Source: Heterodontus francisci | Taxonomy: Eukaryota | DNA length: 64,000 nucleotides | NCBI RefSeq assembly: GCF_036365525.1 | Contig: NC_090401.1 | Location: forward strand, 34,252,560-34,316,559 | Reading direction: 5' to 3' | Shown: positions 22,201 to 35,610 of the stretch, in pieces | Layout of the letters: the number at the start of each line of letters is the position of its first letter | Position numbering within the stretch: position 1 is the first letter of the stretch | Program-made: the position numbers and the translations under genes | Notes under the pieces: generated by a model | The model's database searches: none | Seen by the model: only the letters and a program-made list of their open reading frames with translations | Told to the model about the DNA's origin: nothing

Positions 22201-25200
22201 AGTGTTGATTGAATGTCATTGCAGCAATGAGTTATCTATCCCCAGTTAAAATTGTGGATATCCTTTAGCTATCCAATTTTATTTTTAATGGAAATGTTGG
22301 TTATTAATATTCAATTGAAATATTCTAAACTATGGGATCTGTTAACTAAAAGTTCTGCATATAATGAAAATGTATTTGCACCTCTTGTGGTATTTTTTAT
22401 CAAACTTGTTCTAGTTTTCTCTGTTCATTCTTTGCCAATTTGTTGGAACGTGCTTTGCATTTTTATGGTGACAATCCTATTTATGTGGCCTTTTTAGATG
22501 TTTTAAATTAGGAGTTAGAAAACTTTTAGCATCAGAACTTAGTACTTGTTAGTACCTATTTTGGGGTAAATGTTTTCTCCATTGAAAGTGCTGCAGATCA
22601 TTTTATCAGAGGTAAGAAGTGTTTGCCATTTATCGATTATGATTCTAATTTACATTCATTATTTCAAATTTATTTTTAAAAGATGGAGATATTATTCAGA
22701 GTTCTAATGTTTGATACTCAAAGATATGATTTAAATTCAACTTCAATTACTTCTAGCATTTGGTGTAATTTACTTCAACACTTTATTTGTAAAATGGGTC
22801 TGTTGTGAGTTGTTTTCCTGGACTGCAGAAGGAGGGTATCATAGTTTGCACAGAATTCAAGTGTTGTTGAATTGTATTTTGCACAGAAATGAATGCCAGC
22901 TTTATTTTACGGGCTTCAGTATGTGTGTGTGCTGATAGCACAGTCAATCTGACGAATGTACTTCAGCTTCCGAATTACATTCTTCAGGCTGAAGCTTTCA
23001 TGCTGTTGGTGACCATTGTGTGTGTTGGTGGCAAGCTGGAAGCATATTATGTGGCAGCTTATCTGCCTCCATGGCTAAAATCTTTTCAAGTTGCTTGGGG
23101 GGAAGGGAACTGGTTAAAATTTTTACAAAGACACAGGTCTCAGTGTTTCCCAGGCAAGCTTGTGCTTGAGGGATGATTGTTTATTTCCAAAGCTGTAACC
23201 TGGTACTTTGTGAGTTCAATATTTCATTTTCCTTATAATTCCCACTGGGACTGTGCATGGACATGTTTCTGGGTAAAATTGTAAATGATAAACATAAGGC
23301 TGTGTCATCATCTACAAATGATGGCATGGAAAAGCTCCTTTTTAAAAAGTGGAGCTATGGGAAAAACTGGGGTGATGCATTCCTGAATAGATTAAAGCCA
23401 TATGTTTACCATTTGAATTAAACACAAGGTATATGAAAATATAAAATTATATAAATAATTTATATTCTAAATAAAGTGAAATACAAAATTCTTATCTATT
23501 GAATGGACAGATTGGTATTTCCACAGCAAAATAATTGCATATCTGCCATAGTGATTTGCTATATTATATATTTCTCACTTTTGTCATAGCTTTTCATATA
23601 GTGTGTAAAGCTGTGCTGAAATTTGGAAAAGATGTTTAAAAACTTGTTTTGGTTTTTATATTAAAGACAGAAATGAGAAATGTTTTCTGAGGTTAATAAC
23701 TATGCCATTTATGTGTAATTTCTCACCTTTTGGGACATTGTGCAAGTGTGTAAAATGCTGATTTAGCCAATGATTTCAAGAACTCTATTCAAATGACTCT
23801 ACTCATGCAAAAAACTGAGATACGTTCATGAAAGTGCCATCCTGTGTTGACATTTCTTTGTATTTTAATCTGTTGTATGATGTCAAACAGTGACTAGGTA
23901 CAAATAATCTTTCCAAAACATTTAATGACTCTGATCAATAGCTGAAAACATACACTATGAAACCTGAATTTGCTATGCTGGTCCAATGCTGGTAGTGATT
24001 CGGTGATAGGAATTGAATATTGAACGAATGTTTTGTCATTAAATATTGAAAGTATCAATGCCAGTTATCATCCACTTAAGGTTTTGTATCAGCTACCAGC
24101 CTGATGGACACAGGAGCTTAGTCAACCTCTTTACTACTTGGGAAATTCATTGCCTGTTTTTATGTATTAGAGGGTGAATTTATGTAGTAATGTTTAAAAT
24201 ATTTGGTAAATTGTTGGACCATTCACAATTTGGATTCCATTCTATAAATAAATTAGTTGCTCCAGATTAGGAGGAAATACTTATTATCTGAAGGCAATAA
24301 ACAAAGCGTAGAGGTACAGTCTTAATCCTCCAAATCTAGCCTTCGCAATATAAACACACAAGCAAAATACTGCGGATGCTGGAAATCGGAAACAAAAACA
24401 GAAAATGCTGGAAACACTCAGCCTTTTCTGTTTTTGCTTCACAGTATAAAATTGGCCAAAGCTCAATCTATACCCAGCTCTGTCTATTTAGGATAGATCT
24501 ACACAGATCAGCTTCTACAATTGCTATTTTATTTAACAATTATATTTTTGAAACAAGCAAAACTTCAAAAGCTGGAACTTGCTTAAAATAGAAAGTACTG
24601 GAAATTCACAGGTCAGTTAGTAGCTGAAAGGGAAAAGTAGGTTAACTTGATGGGTGTGACCTTTCATCAGAGCTGTCTGATATATATTTTTGCCCTTGAG
24701 GCTTTTGTGCACTATTCCTGAGCTGAGGACAGCCATACCCAGGCCTGTACCAGGTGCCAGCAAGTGTACAATAGCAGTCCATCAGTATTTCCCTTGTTAC
24801 TTGTAGAAATTGCATGTCTGCTTGGCAGCTTTGCAGTGGCACAAAAGACTGGTAAACCATCTCTGCATAATCATTACAATTTTATAAATATTGATGACTG
24901 GCAGGATTTCAGGCCGTTATGGGTGCGACCACATTTTCCCATGGGCTGAGTTTTAAATATGAGCAATGTTGACAAAAGTGCCAAAAGAAGGAACTGAAAT
25001 ATTGGATTTATTTTGGACTGTTGTCATGTGCTAGATAAAGAATGGCTTTGGCAAAGAAACTTGCCCTTTCAGTGATTGGGGAGGGGGGAATATTATGTGT
25101 GGAGTTAGAGAAATAGCAGAAATATATAGAACATTTATTGAAAAATGTTAGATTGGTATTTGTACAGGAATTGTCACCTCTGATTTGGAGACCTAGTTCC

Positions 25201-27074
25201 ACATGTCACTGACATTACCATTGTGGAGTTAAACTCAAGGAAGTTTCTCTGGAATAATTACCTACAAAAATTCATTGTCAATTTGTGAAGTAACTTTTTG
25301 AATTATTTCACTTCCCTTATTTCAGCACAGACATAATGGTCCAATTGTTGCTACAGAAATATCGGGTCTCAGTTTTCCCAGTGTAGTATTTTTAACCATT
25401 AAACAAATGCTTAAAAATGCAGTATCTAGTTTGCCATAACAATTAATCCATATAATCATAACAGAATAATTTGACAGTAGTTTGAAAATGTGACACACTT
25501 TTAAATTTGCATATTTATCAAAATTTTATGTCATTGAATATTTCAAAGCTAAACAAAAAGTTCCTCATTGCTATATTGAATTATTAACCTAGGCAAAGAT
25601 GATTATGGTGAAAGGGACTGAGCCTTTGTGTAAAAGTATTTTCAAGCTTTTACTTTTGCTAAACATACATCCGTTGATGCAAATTATATCAAAAAGGTGA
25701 CATTGCAGCATAATTGTGTCATTTACACATGATATCACTGCATCTAGATGATGTGCATCTGTTCTGATTTTGAAGGCAGACTGTTTAAATTAGGAGCTCT
25801 GTTATATTGTGTTAATGAATGGAAAGTACTGGGGGGTGCATAGGGGGGATGGTGGGGGGCAAAGAGAAAAAGCAATTATATAGCCCCTTTCATATCCTCA
25901 GGATGCCGCATAGTGCTCTACAACCAATGAATTGCTTTTGAAGTACAGCCCTTGATGTTTTGTGAGCAAACACTTCAACCAAATTGCACATGGCAAAGTC
26001 CCACGAGCAGCATATGAGACAAATAACCAAATTCTATGACTGGATCAGAATAGATCTTTATCAACGTTGCACTCAACTTGACTGTGCTGTATACCAATAA
26101 ATCATGTTCCTTTTTTTTTTACTTAACTGCCCAGCATGTTTGTTTCATTTGCTTAATGTGTGATTTCGAAATTGGTATACACTTCAATTGTAGGTTGGTA
26201 GATTTGCTATATTTGCATGAGGTTGAAGACTATAAAGCTTTGTGTTGGACAAAACGGTCGAATGACCGATTCATGAACCTGGATGTAGTCCAGCAGAGGG
26301 AGCACTTGAGTAAAATACAGAAGGGTTGTATCGCCCAATTAAATCACATCAGCGTAAGTGATAAACTTAGAAGAAAATGAAGGGTAGAAAATGTGGGAAG
26401 TGATTCCATGGAAAAGAATTGTAATTTGAGAGATTGAATATATCCTCTTGATTTGTGATTAATGTCTTCTGACTTCACCTGATAGTTTATTTTGTTAGGA
26501 CCACCTGCTTCCTGTATATCTTGTATTCCTATTCCTAGCTTGAATATTTAGGTTCAGTTAATTTTGGCTAGCTGTTGGGTTTGGCAGGTGCAGTTTCAAG
26601 TCATAAAGTTCTGAATGTAAACTAAGTGTTTTGAACTGCTCAACATGAAATATAATGTTTCTATTTGTAACCACAACACCAAGGAAAACATACCTCTCAA
26701 ACATTGCTTTTTTTTTAACCTTTTGCAGTCTTAAAAACTTCCAAATACAACATGTAGATTTTTTTGGGTGCATGATTGAATATTTAAGTTCAAGCTGTAT
26801 TGTCAGAAGGGCATAATTGCTGACTACCGTTGTTGCATTTTCAGTTCATATTGGGGCAGTACATCTGGCACTTTAGTAGGTGTGCACTGTGATCTTTGAA
26901 GATTGTGGTCTTTGACTAGAAGGTTCTCTGTAAAGAACCTATGAATAAACTTCAAAAATAAAGTATTGCCATTAATGAATGGCAGCCGAGTAACTGAGAC
27001 TACCATGGTGATACCATTTTACTAACAATTTAAGGTGCCCTAAAAGGGTTTCAGTGATTACTTGACTGTATCTC

Positions 27075-27650
27075 CAGTAAACGTTTTTAAAGCTAAGGTA
27101 GATATCTTTTTGAACAATAAAGGAATTAAGGGATACGGTGAGAGCGCGGGTAAGTGGATCTGAGTCCACGAAAAGATCAGCCATGATCATATTGAACGGC
27201 GGAGCAGGCTCGAGGGGCCGGACGGCCTTCTCCTGCTCCTAGTTCTTATGATCTTATGATCCACAGGCTGCTGCCAGCCACTGCTCCCCTGCCTTCTTTA
27301 TTGGCAGAGATATTTGGAGGCCAGTGTTATCCATCTCCAGAATTTAGTGTGTAAGAACAGGCAACACTACCTTCAGAGCCAAGGCTGGAAAGGCATGATC
27401 ATTGATTCCCTATGAACCACATCATTTAAAGTGCATTGGCATAAAGGCAACATTTTTTTTCATGCAATGAATGGTTAGGATTTGGAATGCTATGCCGGAT
27501 AGGGTAGTGGAAACAAATTTACTAGAAGCTTTCAAAAGAGAATTGGATAAATATTTGAAGGAGAAAAAAATTGCAGGAAATGGGGAAAGTTTGGGTTGCT
27601 CTTCGAAAGAGCTGGGACAGACTCCTGTGCTGTACTATTCTATGATTCTA
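27075..27650 (+). mobile_element. Two short CR1/HER1 3' fragments
   Basis: gatcagccatgatcatattgaacggcggagcaggctcgagggg...tcctagttcttatg, and VRIWNAMPDRVVETNLLEAFKRELDKYL. Confidence 0.75.
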
Positions 27651-27937
27651 TCAGATCCGTAGTATAACTGGAAAATTAAAGCATGGTCATCTTCCCAAAC
27701 TGCAAGAATCCTGTATTATGAATAGTGTCTTGACAAATCCCTTGTTTGACACTAATTGTCAGAGTGCCTACGTTTGGAGCACCCACCTGTGAGTCTGGAG
27801 GTTGTAGGTTGAAGCTCCACTCTATCCTTCAGCATTTAATCTGGCTGATCCTCGATTGCAGTACTGAGGGTGTGCCACTTTGTAGGAAGTGCTATCTTCT
27901 GGGTGTGATGTTAAACCAAGATTCTGCCTGTCTACTT

Positions 27938-28656
27938 AGGAAAAGAAAATCACAATTCTAAGACCAGAGTGTTATTGTGCCTTGACCAACATTCCTCACT
28001 CAATCAAAATTGCCAAAAATCTGTTTTTCTGGCCATTCATTTATTTGTTATTCGTGGGACCTTAATGTGTAGATTAGTTGCTGCATTTGCCTACGTAACA
28101 ACAGTGACTGCGCTCCAAAAAAAAATCCACTGATTGAGAAACGCTTTGGACTTCCNNNNNNNNNNNNNNNNNNNNNNNNNNNNNNNNNNNNNNNNNNNNN
28201 NNNNNNNNNNNNNNNNNNNNNNNNNNNNNNNNNNNNNNNNNNNNNNNNNNNNNNNNNNNNNNNNNNNNNNNNNNNNNNNNNNNNNNNNNGGAAGTCCAAA
28301 GCATTTCTCAATCAGTGGATTTTTTTTTGGAGCGCAGTCACTGTTGTTACGTAGGCAAATGCAGCAACTAATCTACACATTAAGGTCCCACGAATAACAT
28401 ATAATAAATATATATATTATATATAGCACTTCACGTATAGGAAGTCCAAAGCATTTCTCAATCAGTGGATTTTTTTTTGGAGCGCAGTCACTGTTGTTAC
28501 GTAGGCAAATGCAGCAACTAATCTACACATTAAGGTCCCACGAATAACAAATAAATGAATGGCCAGAAAAACAGATTTTTGGCAATTTTGATTGAGTGAG
28601 GAATGTTGGTCAAGGCACAATAACACTCTGGTCTTAGAATTGTGATTTTCTTTTCC
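27938..28656. repeat. Inverted duplication of a SINE relic around an assembly gap
   Basis: 28440-28656 is the reverse complement of ~27939-28155. 28290-28398 is a further partial copy. N gap at 28156-28289. Confidence 0.8.
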
Positions 28657-29506
28657 TCCATCCATCAATATTGGCGACCACGCTCTGGAAGTGGTTCAAG
28701 AGTTCACCTACCTAGGCTCAACTATCACCAGTAACCTGTCTCTAGATGCAGAAATCAACAAGCGCATGGGTAAGGCTTCCACTGCTATGTTCAGACTGGC
28801 CAAGAGAGTGTGGGAAAATGGCGCACTGACACGGAACACAAAAGTCCGAGTGTATCAGGCCTGTGTCCTCAGTACCTTGCTCTACGGCAGCGAGGCCTGG
28901 ACAACGTATGCCAGCCAGGAGCGACGTCTCAATTCATTCCATCTTTGCTGCCTTCGGAGAATACTTGGCATCAGGTGGCAGGACTATATCTCCAACACAG
29001 AAGTCCTTGAAGCGGCCAACATCCCCAGCTTATACACACTACTGAGTCAGCGGCGCTTGAGATGGCTTGGCCATGTGAGCCGCATGGAAGATGGCAGGAT
29101 CCCCAAAGACACATTGTACAGTGAGCTCGCCACTGGTATCAGACCCACCGGCCGTCCATGTCTCCGTTATAAAGACGTCTGCAAACGCGACATGAAATCG
29201 TGTAACATTGATCACAAGTCGTGGGAGTCAGTTGCCAGCATTCGCCAGAGCTGGCGGGCAGCCATAAAGACAGGGCTAAATTGTGGCGAGTCGAAGAGAC
29301 TTAGTAGTTGGCAGGAAAAAAGACAGAGGCGCAAGGGGAGAGCCAACTGTGCAACAGCCCCAACAAACAAATTTCTCTGCAGCACCTGTGGAAGAGCCTG
29401 TCACTCCAGAATTGGCCTTTATAGCCACTCCAGGCGCTGCTTCACAAACCACTGACCACCTCCAGGCGCGTATCCATTGTCTCTCGAGATAAGGAGGCCC
29501 AAAAGA
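28657..29506 (+). mobile_element. RTE-clade LINE, 5'-truncated, with intact C-terminal ORF
   Basis: ORF 28691-29455: EFTYLGSTIT, VYQACVLSTLLYGSEAWT, RLRWLGHV, C-terminal CSTCGRACHSRIGLYSH. It ends in a (TA)n tract. Confidence 0.92.
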
Positions 29507-29799
29507 ATATTATATATATATATTATATATATATATATACACACATATGCAGTCCTTTATTTAATAGTCACTTCATCCTTACCTAAATAATGCATGAAAA
29601 GGTTAATGCTCTAATATTTAATTGGATGCATGATTTTCAGTCTTTTTATTGTAGTGCAAATGTAACTTGTTCAAAGTCAGCCCGAAACCACCTCTAGCAG
29701 CACAAGTTCTGTCCTTCAATTAATTTTAATTGTTTTAAAAATTGATATTTTATATTTTCCTGCTCTTTGAAGCCCAGTGGCTGCTTCAGACAAGTGTCC

Positions 29800-29900
29800 A
29801 TAGGTCTGACAAAAGGCCATTGACCTGAAACGTTAACTTAGTTTCACTCTGCAAGATTGCTGCCTGCCCTACTGAGTATTTTCAGCATTTTCTGTTTTTG
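29800..29900 (+). repeat. Short hammerhead-family repeat (degenerate)
   Basis: ctgacaaaaggccattgacctgaaacgttaactt...actgagtattttcagcattttctgtttt. Confidence 0.65.
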
Positions 29901-30699
29901 TTGTATTGTCATAAAGTTTTGTCACGAGGGCAAGAAATCTTTGAACCAGTTTTCAATTAGGAGATCCAGAAATGGTGTTGGAATTCACTGGTTTGAGTTT
30001 AAATCGATAATCAAATGCGGGTAATGTTTACGCTTTGGGTGCAATTGGCAATTCCAGGCAAATTGTGCCTAAAATTGCACTCTTTTTCCAAATTCTTTCC
30101 CTGTCTTTCCTCACCTCCCCAAACCAAGTTTCCAATCACTCATTTTAAATATCACCAAACTCAAAATCTGTCATGAACCAGTGCAATCAGGTGTTGGATT
30201 CCAGAAAGCCAGGTGGTGAAGAGTAGAACTGGAGTCAATCTTTAAACATTTTTATGAACATTTATTTACAGCGATACACAATACAAGTAAGCACCAGCTA
30301 ACTCAACAACCAAAGTTGTAGTCTTTTCCTTTTTATAGGTGCACAAGTGAATCCCAAGTTAATGCCTGCCACCTGCACTGAATTAAATATCATTAATATA
30401 CAGTTGCAAGATTCACTTCTCTCTTTTCTCTCTCAAATAAAAATTAGAGTTTATAAGTTCAATCAAAATTTCAAAACAAATCAAAGACCTCCATATTCTG
30501 TACAAAGCATTACTTTTCAAGATGCCCCTCCTCTAGGACCCCGAGCCATTTCTTTGTACATGCATTTCAGTACAAATCCACCTCTGAATAAACTCCAAAC
30601 TCTCTCTAACTATCTAACTGCTTTTGTTTTGCCTCTCTTATTCATCATCAAGTTTATTAGCAACCACCAAAACCTCATGGTCATGAGGACTTCTGCTTC

Positions 30700-33330
30700 T
30701 AGGTTTTTTTTAAGGCTATTCTGTGGCCTTTATTTCATCGTCTAATTTATTCAATCTACAACCTCTTCCACTTTTATGCCTGCCAGGATTATTACTGAGA
30801 TTCCCCCTCTTGCACTTTCGAAGGCTCTTTTTTAGTATGTGATCATTTTCTGACTCTTCTGCACTCACTTGCACTGGTGCTATCTTACTCTCCACTCCTC
30901 CAACCTATTCTCCCAGTCCATAAGCCTCACCTCTTGGCCATCATCCTGAAAATTCAACCAATATTTAAACTCATCAGTAGCTTTTCCCACAGTTGTTGCA
31001 TTCCTGTAGTCATTAGACCCCATCTGGAATATATGTCACCTGTGTACCCACTCTGTACAATTGGCCTGTGGATGTGATGGCTCTGTCATGATCACTCAGT
31101 ACCACTATCCAGCCCTTGATCTTCTGCATTCTGTTCCTCTGGACCTTCATCACAAAACACAAGTATTTGAGACACAAGATGCCTCTTTTACTCCCATCAG
31201 CTGCTCCATGTCTGAAATTTTGTATTTATTTCCAATTAATGGTGAGGAATGAACCCCTAACCATTTGATAAGTATTTCCTTACCATCATGACCTATTACC
31301 TTACCAGGGCCTTTCCATTCCCTCTGACGCTCTCTTTAATAGTATATGAATTCTCCTGAATTGAAGTCTGTCTCAGATGCTCTTATATGATGCCTCCGTG
31401 CTCTCCAAATTTTCTGAGACTTCAGGCTTGATAAAAGCCTGTCTCCCTACATGTAAAGAGTTCAAATATGCAGGAAACATGGAACTAATTATAGCTCCTA
31501 CTATGCAGGAGGACTATTGCACAGCACAGAATGCAATTTGGAATTTTGCCCATAGACTAATTGATAGGGACTCTACCCTCCAACCATCTGAAGTGAATTC
31601 TTTGCATGAACCACTCATGTTGGGTCAGTTGTCAACTTGCTAAATTTTTATGCAGGATTTTATTGATCGCTACATGATTCCTTTCACAAAGTTCATTTCT
31701 GAAAGGACTTTCAGCTGCAGTATTTATGACCATGATGTTCATGTTTTCACACATGTCCCTGAACTCCTCATTGGCAAATTCCCCACCATCATCTGTCAGA
31801 AACTTTGCTGGTGTCCCTATCCATTTCTCTCTGATTTTTTTCCATAATAATCCTTTTATCTTTACTATGTTTTCTTGTAGAAAGACTAAATCTGGTTGTC
31901 ATGTCTATAAAATATAGAATGAAAATATTTCTGTCTTTGTTCCATACCTTTAGATCGATTGCAACTATCTCATTAAAGTCATGTGCCAATGGAAGGCTTA
32001 CAATAGGACGTGGTGGCATTCTGATACTTTTTACGGATTTCGCAATGCTCACTAATCTCTTCTATTTGCCTCATATACTTCTGATCAGCTACACCTGTAC
32101 TTTTTAGTAGGACTTTTTAACCTTTGACAAGTCGGGTGAGAAAATTGTCTATAACTTTAAGACAATTTTTTTTTCTCTAATTCTCATCACCTGATGCTTT
32201 TAGTATTTGTCTAACACTGATGAGAAACATCAGGTTTTGTTAAGGGTAAACAATGATGTCCTGACTGGATAAACTACAGATCAACTGAATTTCAAAAATA
32301 ATGTCTTGTCTTATGTTCCATGTCAAGCTTCATTTGTGCCTTTTTAGTAGATGGTTTACTCAATAGCATAGGCATCTCACCAGAGGTTACATCAGAACTT
32401 ATAAAATGGCTTATTCTAGCTAGCTTGCATGGCCCCAATGTATTGTCGTTGCCAAACCTAAAGCAACTAGTACTTCTATATTCCTTCACCTTGCATTGAT
32501 CCTCAATACTTTGTGAATCAAGCTAACGTTTTTTAAAAATCTGTCCCACGTACTGTTGAAGTACAAGCACTATCTACTACTGCCCAGTTAAACGGGTCTG
32601 TGACTAACACTTTCATCACAAGACAAAATTTCTTTGTGATCAGTATATTTTGTTCGGATGCATCATTATCTTCATCCTCTTACTCAGAAGCCTGCTGCTC
32701 TTCTGTCATTTCGAGGACCCTGCCTCTTCGCTGTTCATCATATAATACTTTGAGTCATACCTGAAGCAACTATTAACTGTTCCTTGGACATTCCTGGGAT
32801 TCATTCGCCTCTTGCTCCAGTTTTGTCTTCTGTAATAGCTAGATTTGCTTAAGGTGCTTTCATCCTCTTTCTGCCTATCTTTAATTCTTCCATTGTATTG
32901 ACACCTGCATCCAGTATCTGGACCATTTTAAAATGGTCCAATCATTGAACCTTTATATTCTTTGTGTTAATACGGAATGTCTCCTTTGTTCCATGAAGGT
33001 ATCAAACATCTGATCCAACAGGGTCGCCTCCTCCGAGAACTGAACACCTGTTAGAACCAGTAGCCTGTCCATATGAATCACCTTAGCACAATCCACTAAC
33101 TTAAATGCTAGTATCAATCCAGAGATCTTCAAATTAAATTTTGTGAATCTGTTGAAGCCCATGATCTATTCCTGCATGGAATGACCATTTGTTTTCTGAA
33201 ATCTTCAATTGCTGTCCATGTCTCATAAGCATTTAACAGGTCATCTTTCTTGTAGATTTCATCCAGGAACACTCATAGAAGGTCCAAACATTCTTCACTA
33301 TCCAGCTGGCAGGCGTACATTTCATAAAGT
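30700..33330 (-). mobile_element. Decayed Ty1/copia LTR retrotransposon, GalEa-like (gag-PR-IN)
   Basis: Minus-strand peptides ILAFKLVDCAKVIHMDRLLVLTGV (gag), WAVVDSACTSTVRG (protease, ~32545-32587), PPRPIVSLPLAHDFNEIVAIDLKVW...IDMTTRFS (IN) and EWKGPGKVIGHDGK. IN follows PR directly. Boundaries are approximate. Confidence 0.7.
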
Positions 33331-33905
33331 TCTGTGAGGAGTAACTCACCACCTGACTCCCCAAAACCTGTCCTCCATCTGCAAGTGAGGAGCCTGATGG
33401 AATGCTCAAAACTTGCCCGGATGAGTGCAGCTCCAACAACACTCGTGAAGCTTGACATCCAGAATAAAGCAACATCCTCGATCCACACCCCATCCACCAC
33501 CTTAAACATTCACTCCCACCACTACCGACACACAGTAGCAGCAGTGTGTACAATCTACAAGATGCATTGCAGTGACTTGTCAAGCCGCTGTCAACAGCAC
33601 TTCCGAACCCACAACCACTACACCTAGAAGGACAAGGCTGGCAGCCCAATGGGAACACCAGCACCTGCAAGTACCCCTCCAAGCCACACACCAACCTGAC
33701 CTAGAACTATATCGTTCCTTCACTGTCGCTGGGTCTATAATCTGGAATTCCCTACCTTAGCAGCACTGTGGGCGTACCTACATCACATGGACTGCAGCGG
33801 TTCAAGGCGTTGGCTTAGCACCACCTTCTCGAGGCCAATTAGGGATGAGCAACAAATGCTAGCCTTGCCAGTGATGCTCACATCCCATAAGCGAATAAAA
33901 GAAAA
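33330..33905 (+). mobile_element. CR1-group LINE 3' fragment (same family as 17110-17895)
   Basis: QVRSLMECSKLARMSAAPTTLVKLDIQNKA...IWNSLP, with tail cacatcccataagcgaataaaa. Confidence 0.7.
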
Positions 33906-33936
33906 TTACTTCCTGTAGGAAGCAACATCACCAAGG

Positions 33937-34749
33937 TGTTACGACCAGGTGTCCCTCTCAACCTTCACCTGGTCTTACTGTAACAGGGTTTAATTTTAAA
34001 CATACCGTGTTTTGAGCTTCCCCTTTGGTGAATCCTTGTTCACCATTTTCCAATTATAAAGCAAAGAAATGAGCACAAACAGGCTTTCTTAGGTTTAAAG
34101 GAGAAAAGTGAAATTTATTAACTTAAATTTAAACTCTAATTCGGTTAATGTCTATGGATACATGCCGCGCCCCATGCTAGCATGCTTACACGATCTACAC
34201 ATGCAACTAAAAACAGAAAAGAGCAGAAGAAAAAATAAAGTGGAATGGTTTGAGGCAATATCTGAAGAGTTCTTACGATTCTTCAAACTCACTGTAAAGT
34301 CCTTGCTTGTAGGTAATTCTTGCTTTTTGTTGGGGCCCAGTATTTTTCTTAAACCTTGTTCACTGTAGGAGACTTTTCTCTCTTGGGGTTCATGTGTCTT
34401 CAATGGATTCCAAAGCTGGTGAGAAAGAGATGAGAGCAGACAGGAGAGAGATGTTTTCAATCCAGGAGCTTTCTGTCTTCAAACATAGTTTCTCCATTTT
34501 AAAACTCTCAGTTCAAAACTCTGCAACAGCCAGTTAGCCATGTGACTAAACTGGTCTGACCACATCTGTTCTGTGTATTGGGAGCAGGGACTGGTCCTTT
34601 GTTCCAATCAGCGTCTGCAACTATGCAAAACATGCCCTTCCAGCCAGGCCTGGCAATTCCTTGTATCAGGCCTTCTCTTCCCAGCAACAATTTGAAGTTT
34701 AATGTCTATGTGGAAGCCTCGTTCTTGGCAGGTGGGTGCCTGCGTGACA
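33937..34749. mobile_element. Solo LTR with 4-bp TSD (aagg)
   Basis: aagg|tgttacgac...gcgtgaca|aagg; homologous to the interrupted copy at 7596-15512. Confidence 0.88.
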
Positions 34750-35479
34750 AAGGCAATACTTTTTTTTCCTCTTTGGTAGAGACCTAACTCATGTCTGCAT
34801 ATCCACTTCATTTTTCCACTGTTCATATGGTTTAGACTTTGAGAACGTTGGAGGGTAATCATACCCGAACAAGTTACACTTGCTTTCTACGTTTTCCACA
34901 ATGGCCACTAGGATTTTTGACTTAAGTTTAGAAGGTTGATAAATAGTTAATTAGCCAAGTTTTTGCAACTTACAGCATTTATAATGGCTTGTGCTGTGCG
35001 GACCCCCCTTCTCCACCCGTCTCTCTCCCCCCCCCCCCCACCCCGCAACACCCCAAGCCCCCATTTTCCAGAATAGAGAGAGCGAGATTATATGGAAAAG
35101 CCTTCTTGTGCTAGTTACTTTCCGTGGTCTCTATTGGCAAGTACAAATAGCCTATCACTGTCTTCTTTTCCTTCTTTGTACTTTTGTATTTAAATTTCCT
35201 AAATAAAATAATTTGATAGAATTATTATTCAGTATCGGAATTATCTGTTAAGACATTGACTTTTAGTGGCTTTTTTTCTGAAAGTAAAACCACAGTATGA
35301 GAAATAAAAATTAAGAGAAAATTGTATGTCAGGTTTAAGAACTAGAGAGAGTAGCAACTGGTATTTTGTCAGACTATTTGATTACATCAGATTACTTTTT
35401 GAAATATTTGAAGGTTTAATCCTGTTTGCATCAGGAAGTTTGAAAGCATTATAAACCCATGAAAGTAGCAGCAAAATTG

Positions 35480-35610
35480 CAAATAAAAACAGAAAATGCT
35501 GGAAACATTCAGTGGGTCAGGCAGCATCTGTGAAGAGAGAAATAGACTTATCGTTTCAGGTTGATGACCTTTCATCAGAACTGGAAAATATTAGAGATTA
35601 ACAGTTTTTC
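35480..35610 (-). repeat. Short hammerhead-family repeat
   Basis: Minus strand ccagttCTGATGAaaggtcatcaacctGAAAcgataag. Another copy lies at ~36420-36550. Confidence 0.7.

Noticed and set aside
22780-23300. Repeat-free stretch with a 95-aa ORF as another alternative exon
   Set aside because: No recognisable homology or convincing splice-site pair. It could be a conserved non-coding element, but that cannot be shown from the sequence alone.
28048-28397. ORFs containing X runs (also 14898-15191)
   Set aside because: They read through assembly N gaps.
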